This document shows, in pieces, positions 1 to 8,328 of a DNA stretch of 29,129 nt. The notes under the pieces are model-generated. The model worked only from the letters and a program-made list of their open reading frames with translations. It searched no databases and was not told where the DNA came from. The DNA comes from Planctomycetota bacterium (GTDB lineage: Bacteria > Planctomycetota > GCA-002687715 > DRQF01), in the NCBI GenBank assembly GCA_036479435.1, contig JAZGFI010000282.1, positions 1 to 29,129 on the forward strand. Reading direction: 5' to 3'. Within the stretch, counting starts at the first letter, position 1. Every line of letters begins with the position of its first letter. A program made the position numbers and the translations under genes.

Positions 1-33
1 CACGCCCATTACAAATTCGCTATCGTCACTCAT
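1..33 (-). CDS. 5' end of a gene running off the left edge (MSDDSEFVMGV...)
   Basis: ATG at 33 on the minus strand with GGAG 7 nt upstream; open to the window edge; same orientation as the upstream SDR. Only 11 codons are visible. Confidence 0.5.
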   Translation of the reverse strand, partial: MSDDSEFVMGV

Positions 34-137
34 GGCCGGTCTCCGCTTTTGTTTTGAGAAAAACACTGAGCCCCATTTTAGGTGAGCTCGACGACGGAGG
101 CCGGCCCTCTCATCTCATCTGGCACCCCTTGTGCATT

Positions 138-932
138 TCAGTCGGTGCTCATGGTCTTGGCGGCGGCTTTCGTTAACCACGAGCGCGGGATCTTGGTTCC
201 GAGTTTGAGGAGGAGGCGGTTTCGGAAACCGGGCACGACTTGAACTTGTCCCCTTAGCAAAGCGTCGAGGCCGATCTTCGCGACTTCGGCCGCATCCATG
301 CGCTTCATGCGGTAGACCGGGCTTTGGGTCGAGTACTTTCCGGCGTCGAAAAACTCCGTGTTGGTGACGCCGGGACAAAGCGCGGTGACCCGAACGCCTT
401 GCTTGGCGACTTCGGCCGCCAAGGTCAAGCTGAAGCTCTTAAGGCCGGCTTTGGTGGCGGAATAAAGGGCATGGAAGGGCGTCGGGACGAAGGCGGCGAC
501 GCTTGCGAGGTTGAGGATCGCGCCCTCGCCGCGTTCGCACCCGGCTTCCGCAAACGCGCGGGCTAACTCCATCGGCGTTCGCAGTCCCAGTTCGACCAGA
601 TCTAAGAGTCGTTCGGGATCGGCGTCAAGGAATCGGCCGTTCATGCCAAAAGCAGCGTTGTTGATCAAGATTTCGCAGGCCTGCTCGCCGCGACAATATC
701 TTGCCAAGAGGCTTTCGCGAAAAGTCAGGTCGAGGAGATCTCCCACTTCGATGTCGACCGTGATGCCGTAGGTGCGTAGGTCTTTGGCGAGAGTCTCAAG
801 ACGATCGCTGCGCCGCGCCGTCAAGACGAGGTTGACTTTTCGCCTAGCGAGTTCCCGGGCGATGGCAGCTCCGATACCGCTGGACGCTCCAGTAACGAGG
901 GCGCGTTTTTTCTCCAACTCAAATGGAGTCAT
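138..932 (-). CDS. Short-chain dehydrogenase/reductase (classical SDR)
   Basis: TGASSGIG Rossmann motif, INNAAFG, NLAS and catalytic YSATK; ATGA overlap with the upstream gene. Confidence 0.95.
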   Translation of the reverse strand: MTPFELEKKRALVTGASSGIGAAIARELARRKVNLVLTARRSDRLETLAKDLRTYGITVDIEVGDLLDLTFRESLLARYCRGEQACEILINNAAFGMNGRFLDADPERLLDLVELGLRTPMELARAFAEAGCERGEGAILNLASVAAFVPTPFHALYSATKAGLKSFSLTLAAEVAKQGVRVTALCPGVTNTEFFDAGKYSTQSPVYRMKRMDAAEVAKIGLDALLRGQVQVVPGFRNRLLLKLGTKIPRSWLTKAAAKTMSTD

Positions 933-1471
933 CGGCGCTTGACCTCGAATGGCAACAGTTGGCAGTCGGATCTGCCGCTCAGGCGTCGTTGCGGTGCGGG
1001 TTGAGTCAAGGTCGCGGAGTCGGGTAAGGGGACACCATTCTCGTTCGAAAAAACGGCGATGACGCCGCGGCCCGGTTTGCGAAGGCTAAAAGAGGTGTCG
1101 GCACCCGGCAGTCGCCAAGGATCGCGATCATGAGTGCTCGTTAGAGGCCAGGGGAGATTCTTCGGTGCGGACAAAGGAGGGAAGAGGCGTTCCGCCGCAC
1201 CGCCAGTTTCTTCGAGTCGGTAGATAGCCAAGTAGAGCGGGCCTTCGAGCTGAACGTTGAGTTTGAAACTCTCGAGCGGATCTAGTTGTTTAAGAGAGGT
1301 GCTGGCACGAACACTTATCAGCCGAGGACCCGTGGGAGTTGGTTTGGGGTCTGGCGAGAATAGGGCGCCCAGTCCCGCGACGAGGAGCAGCAAGAACAGG
1401 CAGAAAAACGCGAAGTCCATCGGCCCTGACTTTGACCTTTTGGGCTTCAACGAGTTGGTCCTTGACGGCAT
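929..1471 (-). CDS. Membrane-anchored hypothetical protein, DUF4384-like domain
   Basis: N-terminal hydrophobic helix (FAFFCLFLLLLVAGLGALF), then a beta-rich pattern FKLNVQ..LYLAIY..GG..ERLFPP..W.LP..F.L..PG..VIAVFS reminiscent of DUF4384; operon-like spacing to both neighbours. Confidence 0.65.
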   Translation of the reverse strand: MPSRTNSLKPKRSKSGPMDFAFFCLFLLLLVAGLGALFSPDPKPTPTGPRLISVRASTSLKQLDPLESFKLNVQLEGPLYLAIYRLEETGGAAERLFPPLSAPKNLPWPLTSTHDRDPWRLPGADTSFSLRKPGRGVIAVFSNENGVPLPDSATLTQPAPQRRLSGRSDCQLLPFEVKRR

Positions 1472-1481
1472 TTCGAACTCA

Positions 1482-2285
1482 CTATATTCCGCCCGCTCGC
1501 TCGGACCGGCGAGCTTCTCGAGCGAGTTTTCGGCTCGGAAAAACGAGGGCGCGGCCCGCTTTGAGACCCTTGAACCCGCGTTCGACGACGGAGAGATAGT
1601 CGTCTCGTAAATCGACGTTTCCGGTTCTTTCGTCGGGCGCGGGTAGACAAAGAGTTGTCAGGCGAATGTTGTCGCGGCGCCACTCTTCGGCCAAGGATTG
1701 ACCGAGACTATTGAGCCAAGCTGCGACCAAGCAGGCTGAGGACCGTCCCTTCTGCGCCCGAAACCCCAGCATCGAGGACAACAAGAGTACCTTGCCCTTG
1801 ATCCCGCTGCGGCTGCTTGTGGCGAACTCCTCTCCGACTTGACGCAACAAGACCAGTGTTGCCACGACTCTGCGGTTGAAAACCTGTTCGAGCCTGTCCG
1901 GCAGAATCTTGACGACCGGCCGAGGTGCCACCCTGGCTTCGTCTCCACCCAAGCCGCATACGAGTCCCTCAATCGTGATGAGTTCGGCTGTTCTTTTGAG
2001 CACGGACTCCGCATCGCTAGGCCCCGCATCGAGCCCATTGTCAATGAGGTCGACTTGCGGTGCGCCGAGACGTTTCGCTTCGGCGGCAGCATCACGAAGG
2101 AACTTTGGTTCTTCGCCAACCAACACCAGTCGTTGTTTTCGCGCCGCCAAAGCCAAGGCCGCTGCCCGCGCTGGGCCACGACTCACGCCGACCACTAGCC
2201 AGCCGTTCGGCCGGTGAAGAGGACGACTCAACTCTTTGGCGAATAGATCGTCGTCCAGGTAATTTTCGTGTTGGGGGTTGGTCAT
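1482..2285 (-). CDS. Atypical, catalytically degenerate SDR-fold protein
   Basis: SDR layout (VVGVSRGPARAAA; GKVLLLSSMLG; WLNSLGQSLAEEW..IRLTTLCLP) but YxxxK is replaced by ACLVA. Start placed at ATG 2285 (MTNPQH); the ORF track opens at 2324. Confidence 0.75.
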   Translation of the reverse strand: MTNPQHENYLDDDLFAKELSRPLHRPNGWLVVGVSRGPARAAALALAARKQRLVLVGEEPKFLRDAAAEAKRLGAPQVDLIDNGLDAGPSDAESVLKRTAELITIEGLVCGLGGDEARVAPRPVVKILPDRLEQVFNRRVVATLVLLRQVGEEFATSSRSGIKGKVLLLSSMLGFRAQKGRSSACLVAAWLNSLGQSLAEEWRRDNIRLTTLCLPAPDERTGNVDLRDDYLSVVERGFKGLKAGRALVFPSRKLAREARRSERAGGI

Positions 2286-2537
2286 GGTCTTGAGGCATTT
2301 TGCCTCGGGCGGGCGACCACCCAAAGCCCCACTTTTTGTCTAAGCGGCTGGCGGTTCTGGATTTGCCGCAATCCGGGGAAAATTGTCGCGTCCTCGGAAG
2401 GGCTGGCTTTCGGAAGCGTAAGGGCGGGAAGAACTTACAAGAATCGCCGTCTTTGTGCGGCTCTGAGGCTGGCGGGGCGCAACTCGCCCTGCGGCGCCGT
2501 TTTCCCGCTCGCTCGCAACGCCGCGACCAACGACAAC

Positions 2538-2566
2538 TAAAAACTCGTGCCCCTTAGGGCCGATAA
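2538..2566 (+). promoter_or_regulatory. Putative sigma28 (FliA/SigD)-type promoter
   Basis: TAAAAA at 2538-2543 and a perfect GCCGATAA at 2559-2566 (spacer 15-17 nt depending on the -35 register), about 94 nt upstream of a CheX-like gene. Confidence 0.5.
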
Positions 2567-2659
2567 GGGCAAGAGCCACCGCCAGGGAAGCGGGATCGCG
2601 AGAGCGGCCGCCGCGGAGGAAAACAGATCCAAACGATCTACAGCTAGGGAGATAAGTTC

Positions 2660-3181
2660 ATGACTGCCGTCGCCACCGATTTACGCCACGATTTGGAAGA
2701 GCGTTTTGCCGCTGCGGTTCTCGAGAGTTTTCGCTCCCGGACGCAGATCGACGCCTATCGGATTTGCGTTGAAGACCAGTCCCGCCACAAAGGCCGGATG
2801 GCCACGGCCACATCGACGGTGTTTGGTGAGAATTGGTTGGGTTCCACGTCCTTGCTCATCCCGGCCGAGAGCGCACGCTGTATCGTCTTGGGTTCGAACG
2901 GTGAATTAGAAGCCATCAATCCCTCCGAGGCGAAATCGCGACCGGTGCGCGGTACGGCGGTTGCCGACGTACTTGGTGCGCTCGTGGCGTCGGCGGCGCT
3001 GAGATTCGGCGAGACTTTTCCCGGCGAAACCAAGGTGAACGTCGGGCCGCCCACCGTCGTCATTGGCGACGCTTGTTCCGTGTGTTTTCCCTGGGGCCAA
3101 CACTTCGAATCGAGGCTTTGTTTCGAAAGCGTTGCGGGACCGTTCTGGGCGATCTTGCGCTTGAGCCGAATGGACTCCTAA
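2660..3181 (+). CDS. CheX-like (CheC/CheX fold) protein with degenerate phosphatase motif
   Basis: RBS GGGAGA; CheX-like pattern F.GENWLGS.SLLIP..SAR.I, ADVLG.L, V.VGPPTVVIG, F.S.AGPFW; the canonical ExxN is absent. Confidence 0.7.
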   Translation: MTAVATDLRHDLEERFAAAVLESFRSRTQIDAYRICVEDQSRHKGRMATATSTVFGENWLGSTSLLIPAESARCIVLGSNGELEAINPSEAKSRPVRGTAVADVLGALVASAALRFGETFPGETKVNVGPPTVVIGDACSVCFPWGQHFESRLCFESVAGPFWAILRLSRMDS

Positions 3182-4128
3182 GAGCCGGTTAGGATGCGGT
3201 CGATCGCCTCAAGCGAGGCCTGATCCAAGGTGTAGCCCGAGGCCTTGGCGTTCTCTTTGATCTGCCCCGGCCGCGAAGCTCCGATGATGACACTGGCCAC
3301 CGCGGGCTGCCTCAGACACCAACTGAGCGCCAGTTGCGATGCTGGAATCTCCAAAACCTTCGCCAGCTGTGCGAACTTGTCGGCTCGTTCGAGGTTTTCG
3401 GGCGTCATGTTTCGACGGATGAATTCGCCCGATTCGCCAAGCCTAGCTCGCGAGTCCTTTGGCATTGCGCCGTCGCAATACTTCCCGGTGAGGAGGCCCT
3501 GCGCGAGCGGTGAGTAGACGATCTGGCCCATTCCGACGTTGGCGGCAGTCTCGATGATTTCGTCTTCGATGACGCGGTCCAATAAGTTGTAGCGCGGTTG
3601 ATTGGTCACCGGAGGCTCGGCGCCGATCGCCAAGGCGATTTTTACGACCTCAAGTATCTTGTCCGCCGGCCATTGGCTGACTCCCCAGTACAGGATGCGG
3701 CCGCGGCGGATAAAGTCATCCATCGTTCGCACCAATTCGCGTATTGGCACATCCGGGTCGTAACGGTGGCACTGGTACAGATCGAGGTAGTCAGTGCCGA
3801 GGCGAGCCAAGGAGGCGTCCAGGCTTTCGGTAAGATGCTTACGCGAGAGCCCCTTGTCATTGGGCCCGTCGCCGGTGGGAAAAAACGCTTTGGAAGCTAG
3901 AACGTAGTCTTTGCGCGACACTCCCCTTATCGCTCGCCCCAGGGCCTCTTCGCAGGCCCCTAAACCGTAGACGTCGGCGGTATCGATGAAGTTGATGCCG
4001 CAATCAAAAGCGGCCTTCACGCAGCTCTCAGTGGTTTTCTGATCGATGCCCTGGCCGTAGGTTAGCCACGACCCCAAGGCTACTTCCGAGACAAACACGC
4101 CGCTTCCGCCCAGTTTTCGGTATTTCAT
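3178..4128 (-). CDS. Aldo/keto reductase (Kv-beta/YghZ-like)
   Basis: MKYRKLGGSG..VSEVALGSW, DTADVY, ASK, LYQCHRYD, YWGVSQW, YSPLAQGLLTGKY, IIGASR. Start placed at ATG 4128. Confidence 0.95.
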   Translation of the reverse strand: MKYRKLGGSGVFVSEVALGSWLTYGQGIDQKTTESCVKAAFDCGINFIDTADVYGLGACEEALGRAIRGVSRKDYVLASKAFFPTGDGPNDKGLSRKHLTESLDASLARLGTDYLDLYQCHRYDPDVPIRELVRTMDDFIRRGRILYWGVSQWPADKILEVVKIALAIGAEPPVTNQPRYNLLDRVIEDEIIETAANVGMGQIVYSPLAQGLLTGKYCDGAMPKDSRARLGESGEFIRRNMTPENLERADKFAQLAKVLEIPASQLALSWCLRQPAVASVIIGASRPGQIKENAKASGYTLDQASLEAIDRILTGS

Positions 4129-4331
4129 GGCGGCATCATGTCGCGTCACAGCGAAAGAGAAAAGCCCGGGGATGGCCATGATTTCAGCTCAGCTGCGTTC
4201 TAGAGGCTTCGTTAAGCAGGAGCTTTTTTTTTATCCCGGGCCCCATATCAAGGATCTTAAGTCTATTAATTAAAATGGTTTACGTTGATTGTGGAGGGGC
4301 CAAGACCCCCTTCTTTCGCTAGAGGGCCCTT

Positions 4332-4359
4332 TTGACTTTCGACGAACGGGATCTATGGT
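4332..4359 (+). promoter_or_regulatory. Putative sigma70 promoter for the topoisomerase gene
   Basis: TTGACT-N16-TATGGT, 39 nt upstream of ATG 4398; an AT-rich tract lies further upstream (about 4224-4290). Confidence 0.4.
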
Positions 4360-4397
4360 CGTCCGGTCTGGACGCGATTTAGGGAGTAGAGCAGGGC

Positions 4398-7064
4398 ATG
4401 AATAAGACTCTCGTCATTACCGAAAAGAAGTCGGTCGCCGACGAGTTCGCGAAAGTTCTCGGAGGGAGCCCAGCTCCTGACGGAGAGCCGCGGGAATTCG
4501 CGAAACACGATATTTACTACGAGAGCCAAGACCTCGTCATCGCTTGGGCCTCTGGCCACTTACTCGAACTCCAACAGCCCGGCGAGTACGACAAGGCTTG
4601 GAAGTTCTGGAGCCTCGAGAAGCTTCCGATCATTCCTGAGAAGTTCGTTCACCGTCCTCGCGGCGACGACGCGAAATCCAAGAAGCTTCTTACGAGCCTC
4701 GTGAAGCACATTCGGCGCGACGATGTCGACAAGGTTGTGAACGGCTGTGATGCCGGGCGCGAGGGAGAGTTGATCTTCAACCTCATCATGGATCACGCCC
4801 TTAGTGGGCGCGGCAAGACCAAGGCTCAGAAACCCGTCTCACGCATTTGGCTTCAGTCGATGACGGCGGACAGCATCCGCGCGGCATTTAGAGACATCCG
4901 CCCGGCTGCGGAGTACCAAGAGCTTCGCGACGCAGCCTATTCCCGCGACCGTGCCGATTGGTTGGTGGGCATGAACGGAACCCGTGCTCTCACCAAAAGG
5001 TTTTTGGGAGGCAAGAATCGCGTCAGCCTCGCGGTGGGACGAGTCAAGACTCCAACCTTGGCTTTCCTTGTCGATCGCGAGCGCGAAATCGACAACTTCA
5101 ATCCCAAGTCCTATTGGGAGATCAGCGCCAAATTTTCGACCGACACCCAAGGCAAGGGTGCCGAAGAAACCCACTACGAATCGAGATGGACCGGCAAAGA
5201 TGCCGACGGCAAGACAAGCGATCGTCTCGAGAATCTCGAAACGGCTCAGGCCATCGTCGACAAGGTCAAAGAGAAGGTTGGGCGCGCCGAGGACTCCATT
5301 CGGCGATCGAAAGAAAAGCCGCCACAGCTTTTTGACCTCACAACATTGCAGCGCCGCGCGAGTTCGGCCTTTGGATTCACGCTGAAGCGCACGCTCTCGA
5401 TTACGCAAACGCTCTACGAGGCCAAGAAAGCCGTAACCTATCCCCGTACCAGTTCGCGATACTTGCCAAACGACTACCGGGGCGAAACTCCAAAGATCCT
5501 CAGCCGGCTCGCCTTGGGAGGGTATGCCGAACTTGTCGCCAAGATCCCGAACCGCGACGCGCCCGATTCCGAGCGCAAAGGCATGGTTTACGACGACAAG
5601 AAAGTCTCCGATCACTTTGCGATCATCCCCACGGGCGAGGTTCCCACGAGCCTCCGCGCGGACGAAAAGAAGCTCTACGATCTCATCGTCAGGCGCTTCT
5701 TGGCCGCTTTTATGCCCAGTGCTGAACGTGAAACGATCACGCGCCGGACATTTGTGGAAGAAGAAACCTTCAAAGCCACGGCACGCAAACTTGTCGTTGC
5801 CGGTTGGCGGACGGCGGAGCCCATTGCGGCCGATGACCAACCCTTTCCAGAGCTCGATGCCGACGGCGGCATCCTCTGCCTTGAAAGCGAACTGCTCGAG
5901 AAAGAAACCTCGCCGCCTTCCCGTTACACGGACGGTACTTTGGTGGGGGAAATGGAGACCTGCGGCAAACACGTCGAAAACGAAGAAGAAGCCGAGGCGC
6001 TCAAAGACACGGGCATTGGAACGCCAGCCACTCGGGCGGCGATCGTCGAAGACCTCATCTACAAGCGGCTAGCTCGTCGTGATGGCCGCACCTTGGTGCC
6101 GACGGCTCTCGGTTCAACGCTCGTTCGCATCGTCCGCAACATGGATCTTGGAGCTCTCGCCAAGCCAGACTTGACCGGAGTTTGGGAACAACGCCTGCGC
6201 CAGATAACCGATGGCGAGTATCCCGCGTCCAAATTTCAAGCGGCCATCGTCTCCGACGTCGAAGAACTCGTTGCGAAAGTCAAAGGCGCCGACGACGCCG
6301 GCGCGATTTTCGCCGTCGATCACGGCGGCGAACTTCACTGCCCCAAGTGTGACAAACTCATGGTGGAAAAAGCGTACAGCTACTTTTGCACCGACCCCGA
6401 GGATTGCGACACCAAGATCTACAAGGATGCTGGTGGCAAGCATGTCTTCCCGGAAATCCTGCGACGGGTTTTGGAGGCCAAGGGCGAACTCGTCGGTCCC
6501 TTCACCGGATTCGAGCGTCCCAAGGCCCCCTGCAAGATGAAAATCGGCGACAACGCGCTCATCGTTCTCGAGCCAGAAGGCGACATCGAGTACGAGCAGA
6601 TGGGCGAGTGGAAAGTTGAAGAAGTCCCCGACGGCGAAGTCATGGGCAAGTGCCCGAAGTGCCAAGCTGAAGTGAAAGCTGAAGGCACGGGCTTCAAGTG
6701 CCAAAAGTGCAAATTCCGCCTCGGTAAGAAACTTCTGCTGCGCGACCTACCGCCCGAAGACGTCCGCAAGATGCTCTCCGGTCCGAACGAAGCCACTTCG
6801 CTCATCGAGGGCTTCATCAGCCGTCGTGGCCGCCCCTTCAAGGCCCAACTCCTCTTCGACGAAGAGGGTGCTCTCCAATGGAAGTTCCCCCCCCGCGCCG
6901 CCAAGAAGAAGACCACCAAGAAAAAGGTGGCCAAAAAGAAGACGGCGAAGAAGAAAACCGCGAAGAAGAAAACAGCTGCCAAAAAGAAGACCACCAAGAA
7001 GAAGGTCGCCACTAAGAAGAAGGTGACCAAAAAGAAGGCCCCCGACAAAGACTCGCAATCCTGA
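4398..7064 (+). CDS. topB: DNA topoisomerase III (type IA) with Zn ribbons, C-terminal repeat and Lys-rich tail
   Basis: TOPRIM LVITEKKSVA and DAGREGELIF, GRVKTPTL, catalytic TYPRT, DHFAIIPT, GIGTPATRA; CPKC zinc ribbons; IEGFISRRGRPFKA C-terminal repeat; RBS AGGGAG. Confidence 0.93.
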   Translation: MNKTLVITEKKSVADEFAKVLGGSPAPDGEPREFAKHDIYYESQDLVIAWASGHLLELQQPGEYDKAWKFWSLEKLPIIPEKFVHRPRGDDAKSKKLLTSLVKHIRRDDVDKVVNGCDAGREGELIFNLIMDHALSGRGKTKAQKPVSRIWLQSMTADSIRAAFRDIRPAAEYQELRDAAYSRDRADWLVGMNGTRALTKRFLGGKNRVSLAVGRVKTPTLAFLVDREREIDNFNPKSYWEISAKFSTDTQGKGAEETHYESRWTGKDADGKTSDRLENLETAQAIVDKVKEKVGRAEDSIRRSKEKPPQLFDLTTLQRRASSAFGFTLKRTLSITQTLYEAKKAVTYPRTSSRYLPNDYRGETPKILSRLALGGYAELVAKIPNRDAPDSERKGMVYDDKKVSDHFAIIPTGEVPTSLRADEKKLYDLIVRRFLAAFMPSAERETITRRTFVEEETFKATARKLVVAGWRTAEPIAADDQPFPELDADGGILCLESELLEKETSPPSRYTDGTLVGEMETCGKHVENEEEAEALKDTGIGTPATRAAIVEDLIYKRLARRDGRTLVPTALGSTLVRIVRNMDLGALAKPDLTGVWEQRLRQITDGEYPASKFQAAIVSDVEELVAKVKGADDAGAIFAVDHGGELHCPKCDKLMVEKAYSYFCTDPEDCDTKIYKDAGGKHVFPEILRRVLEAKGELVGPFTGFERPKAPCKMKIGDNALIVLEPEGDIEYEQMGEWKVEEVPDGEVMGKCPKCQAEVKAEGTGFKCQKCKFRLGKKLLLRDLPPEDVRKMLSGPNEATSLIEGFISRRGRPFKAQLLFDEEGALQWKFPPRAAKKKTTKKKVAKKKTAKKKTAKKKTAAKKKTTKKKVATKKKVTKKKAPDKDSQS
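6903..7037 (+). repeat. Coding tandem repeat of nine KKK(x2-3) units (15-18 nt period)
   Basis: KKKTT KKKVA KKKTA KKKTA KKKTAA KKKTT KKKVAT KKKVT KKK read directly from the translation. Confidence 0.9.
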
Positions 7065-7133
7065 GACCTGTTGGATCGCTCGAGGAAAAGGAGACTATCG
7101 GCCTTCGCCGCCCCGCCGCTTCTGATTTTTGAG

Positions 7134-7222
7134 GGGTGGTGACTTTGGTCTGACGCGATTCTTCAGGGTTTGCGGATTGAAAGGGTGGTGAAAAGCGTCT
7201 GACGCTAACCTTGCGGGTTTGC
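7134..7222. repeat. Two-copy imperfect 40-bp direct repeat (49-bp period) in a convergent intergenic region
   Basis: 7134-7173 gggtggtgactttggtctgacgcgattcttcagggtttgc versus 7183-7222 gggtggtgaaaagcgtctgacgctaaccttgcgggtttgc; 30/40 identical by hand alignment. Confidence 0.75.
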
Positions 7223-7242
7223 TTTTGGGACTCTGGTGGCGT

Positions 7243-8316
7243 CTAGTTTTTTTCTTGGGGTGGGTCGACTACTTCTTCTTTTGCTTCATCTTCTTGCTCT
7301 TCGAGGAGGTCGGGAAGTTTGACGTCGACTATATCCGATAGCGTCCAGTCGGAAGCGGCGAATAAGTACTCGGATTGGCTGCTGAGGACGGGCCGGCGGT
7401 TTTTTTGGTCCTTGGCACCGATCAGGATCGTGATCTCTTGACCTCCCTCTAACTTGAGTTTGGCGCTAGTTGTGGGCTGGTCTAAGCCCTGAGTCGCCGC
7501 GGTCTTTTTGCCATAGACGAACTCGGCCCTGAGGCCGCAGAGCTTCTTCAGCAAGCCGTCGATTTTGTCTTTTTTGGCATCACCCGTTTTTGGTGACGCC
7601 ATCTTCCAGATGTATGTTGATTCGGCATCGTCTTTGGCTGTGGCCGCGTCATCACCCTCGGTCTTGGGCTCGTCGGGGCTTTTGGTCTTAAAGCGAACAA
7701 AGACCCAGTCTTTTGAGGCCCCAGCCGGACGTAGTCGCAATTCGCTGATTTGGTCCGCTTCGATCTTGAAGAGCTCACTCGATATCCAGTCCGCCATGTC
7801 GGGACTGAGATCCCAAAGTTGCAGGTCTTCGGTTTCGTAGACCTCGGCTTCGCCGCTGTTTCTGACGTAGACGGCTCGCCCGCGACTGCCCCGAGCCACG
7901 AAGAGGCTCGAGAGTGTCTTGCCCGCGGCGTCGGCCAACTCGATTTTTCTCTCGTAGAGCGCATCGGCGACTTTAGCGGGTTCGTGGTTGGACTCATTTT
8001 TGATGATGGGGCGCGCGACCTCGACGGCAATGAGCTTGCCCAAGAACTCGTCGATCTTGTCGGCTTTCGCCAAGAACCCGTCACTGCCGTCAACCGTCCA
8101 GCCAGCATCGCTCTTGGTAAGGCCGATTTCCTTTTCGTTTTGCCCATCGCGACTCGAGATTCGGATGGCTGCGACTTCGTCTTGTGCCACTTTGAGCAAG
8201 GCTTGGGGTTCGCGTTTATTCGATTCCGGGGTGTCACTACCCGAGAAGCAAAGGACCGCGAGTACGATGCCCTGGGTCAAGGCGAGGCCAATGAGGATGA
8301 GATTAAATCGACTCAT
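7243..8316 (-). CDS. DUF4340 domain protein (GldG-type ABC system accessory)
   Basis: N-terminal TM anchor, two repeats of ..I.I....I.L.K....W......AK.DKID.LL.KL; last gene of a gldA/F/G-like operon. Confidence 0.85.
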   Translation of the reverse strand: MSRFNLILIGLALTQGIVLAVLCFSGSDTPESNKREPQALLKVAQDEVAAIRISSRDGQNEKEIGLTKSDAGWTVDGSDGFLAKADKIDEFLGKLIAVEVARPIIKNESNHEPAKVADALYERKIELADAAGKTLSSLFVARGSRGRAVYVRNSGEAEVYETEDLQLWDLSPDMADWISSELFKIEADQISELRLRPAGASKDWVFVRFKTKSPDEPKTEGDDAATAKDDAESTYIWKMASPKTGDAKKDKIDGLLKKLCGLRAEFVYGKKTAATQGLDQPTTSAKLKLEGGQEITILIGAKDQKNRRPVLSSQSEYLFAASDWTLSDIVDVKLPDLLEEQEDEAKEEVVDPPQEKN

Positions 8317-8328
8317 GTCTTATTTCCG

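Noticed and set aside
4224..4290. AT-rich tract with T9 as a possible IHF site, dif site or origin
   Set aside because: No exact IHF, dif or DnaA-box match; adequately explained as a divergent promoter region.
4839..5972. 377-aa antisense ORF inside topB
   Set aside because: Shadow frame of a GC-rich, codon-biased gene; no recognisable motifs.
6419..7048. Antisense ORF with FFLV/FFFAV repeats resembling a membrane protein
   Set aside because: It is simply the reverse complement of the Lys-rich repeat.
4365..7160. ggtctg(g)acgcgatt on both sides of topB (4365-4379 and 7147-7160) as possible att sites
   Set aside because: Only 14 bp with an indel, no integrase nearby, and topB looks like a resident gene.
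7134..7222. Intergenic repeat read as a mini-CRISPR
   Set aside because: Two degenerate copies, a 9-bp gap and no cas genes.
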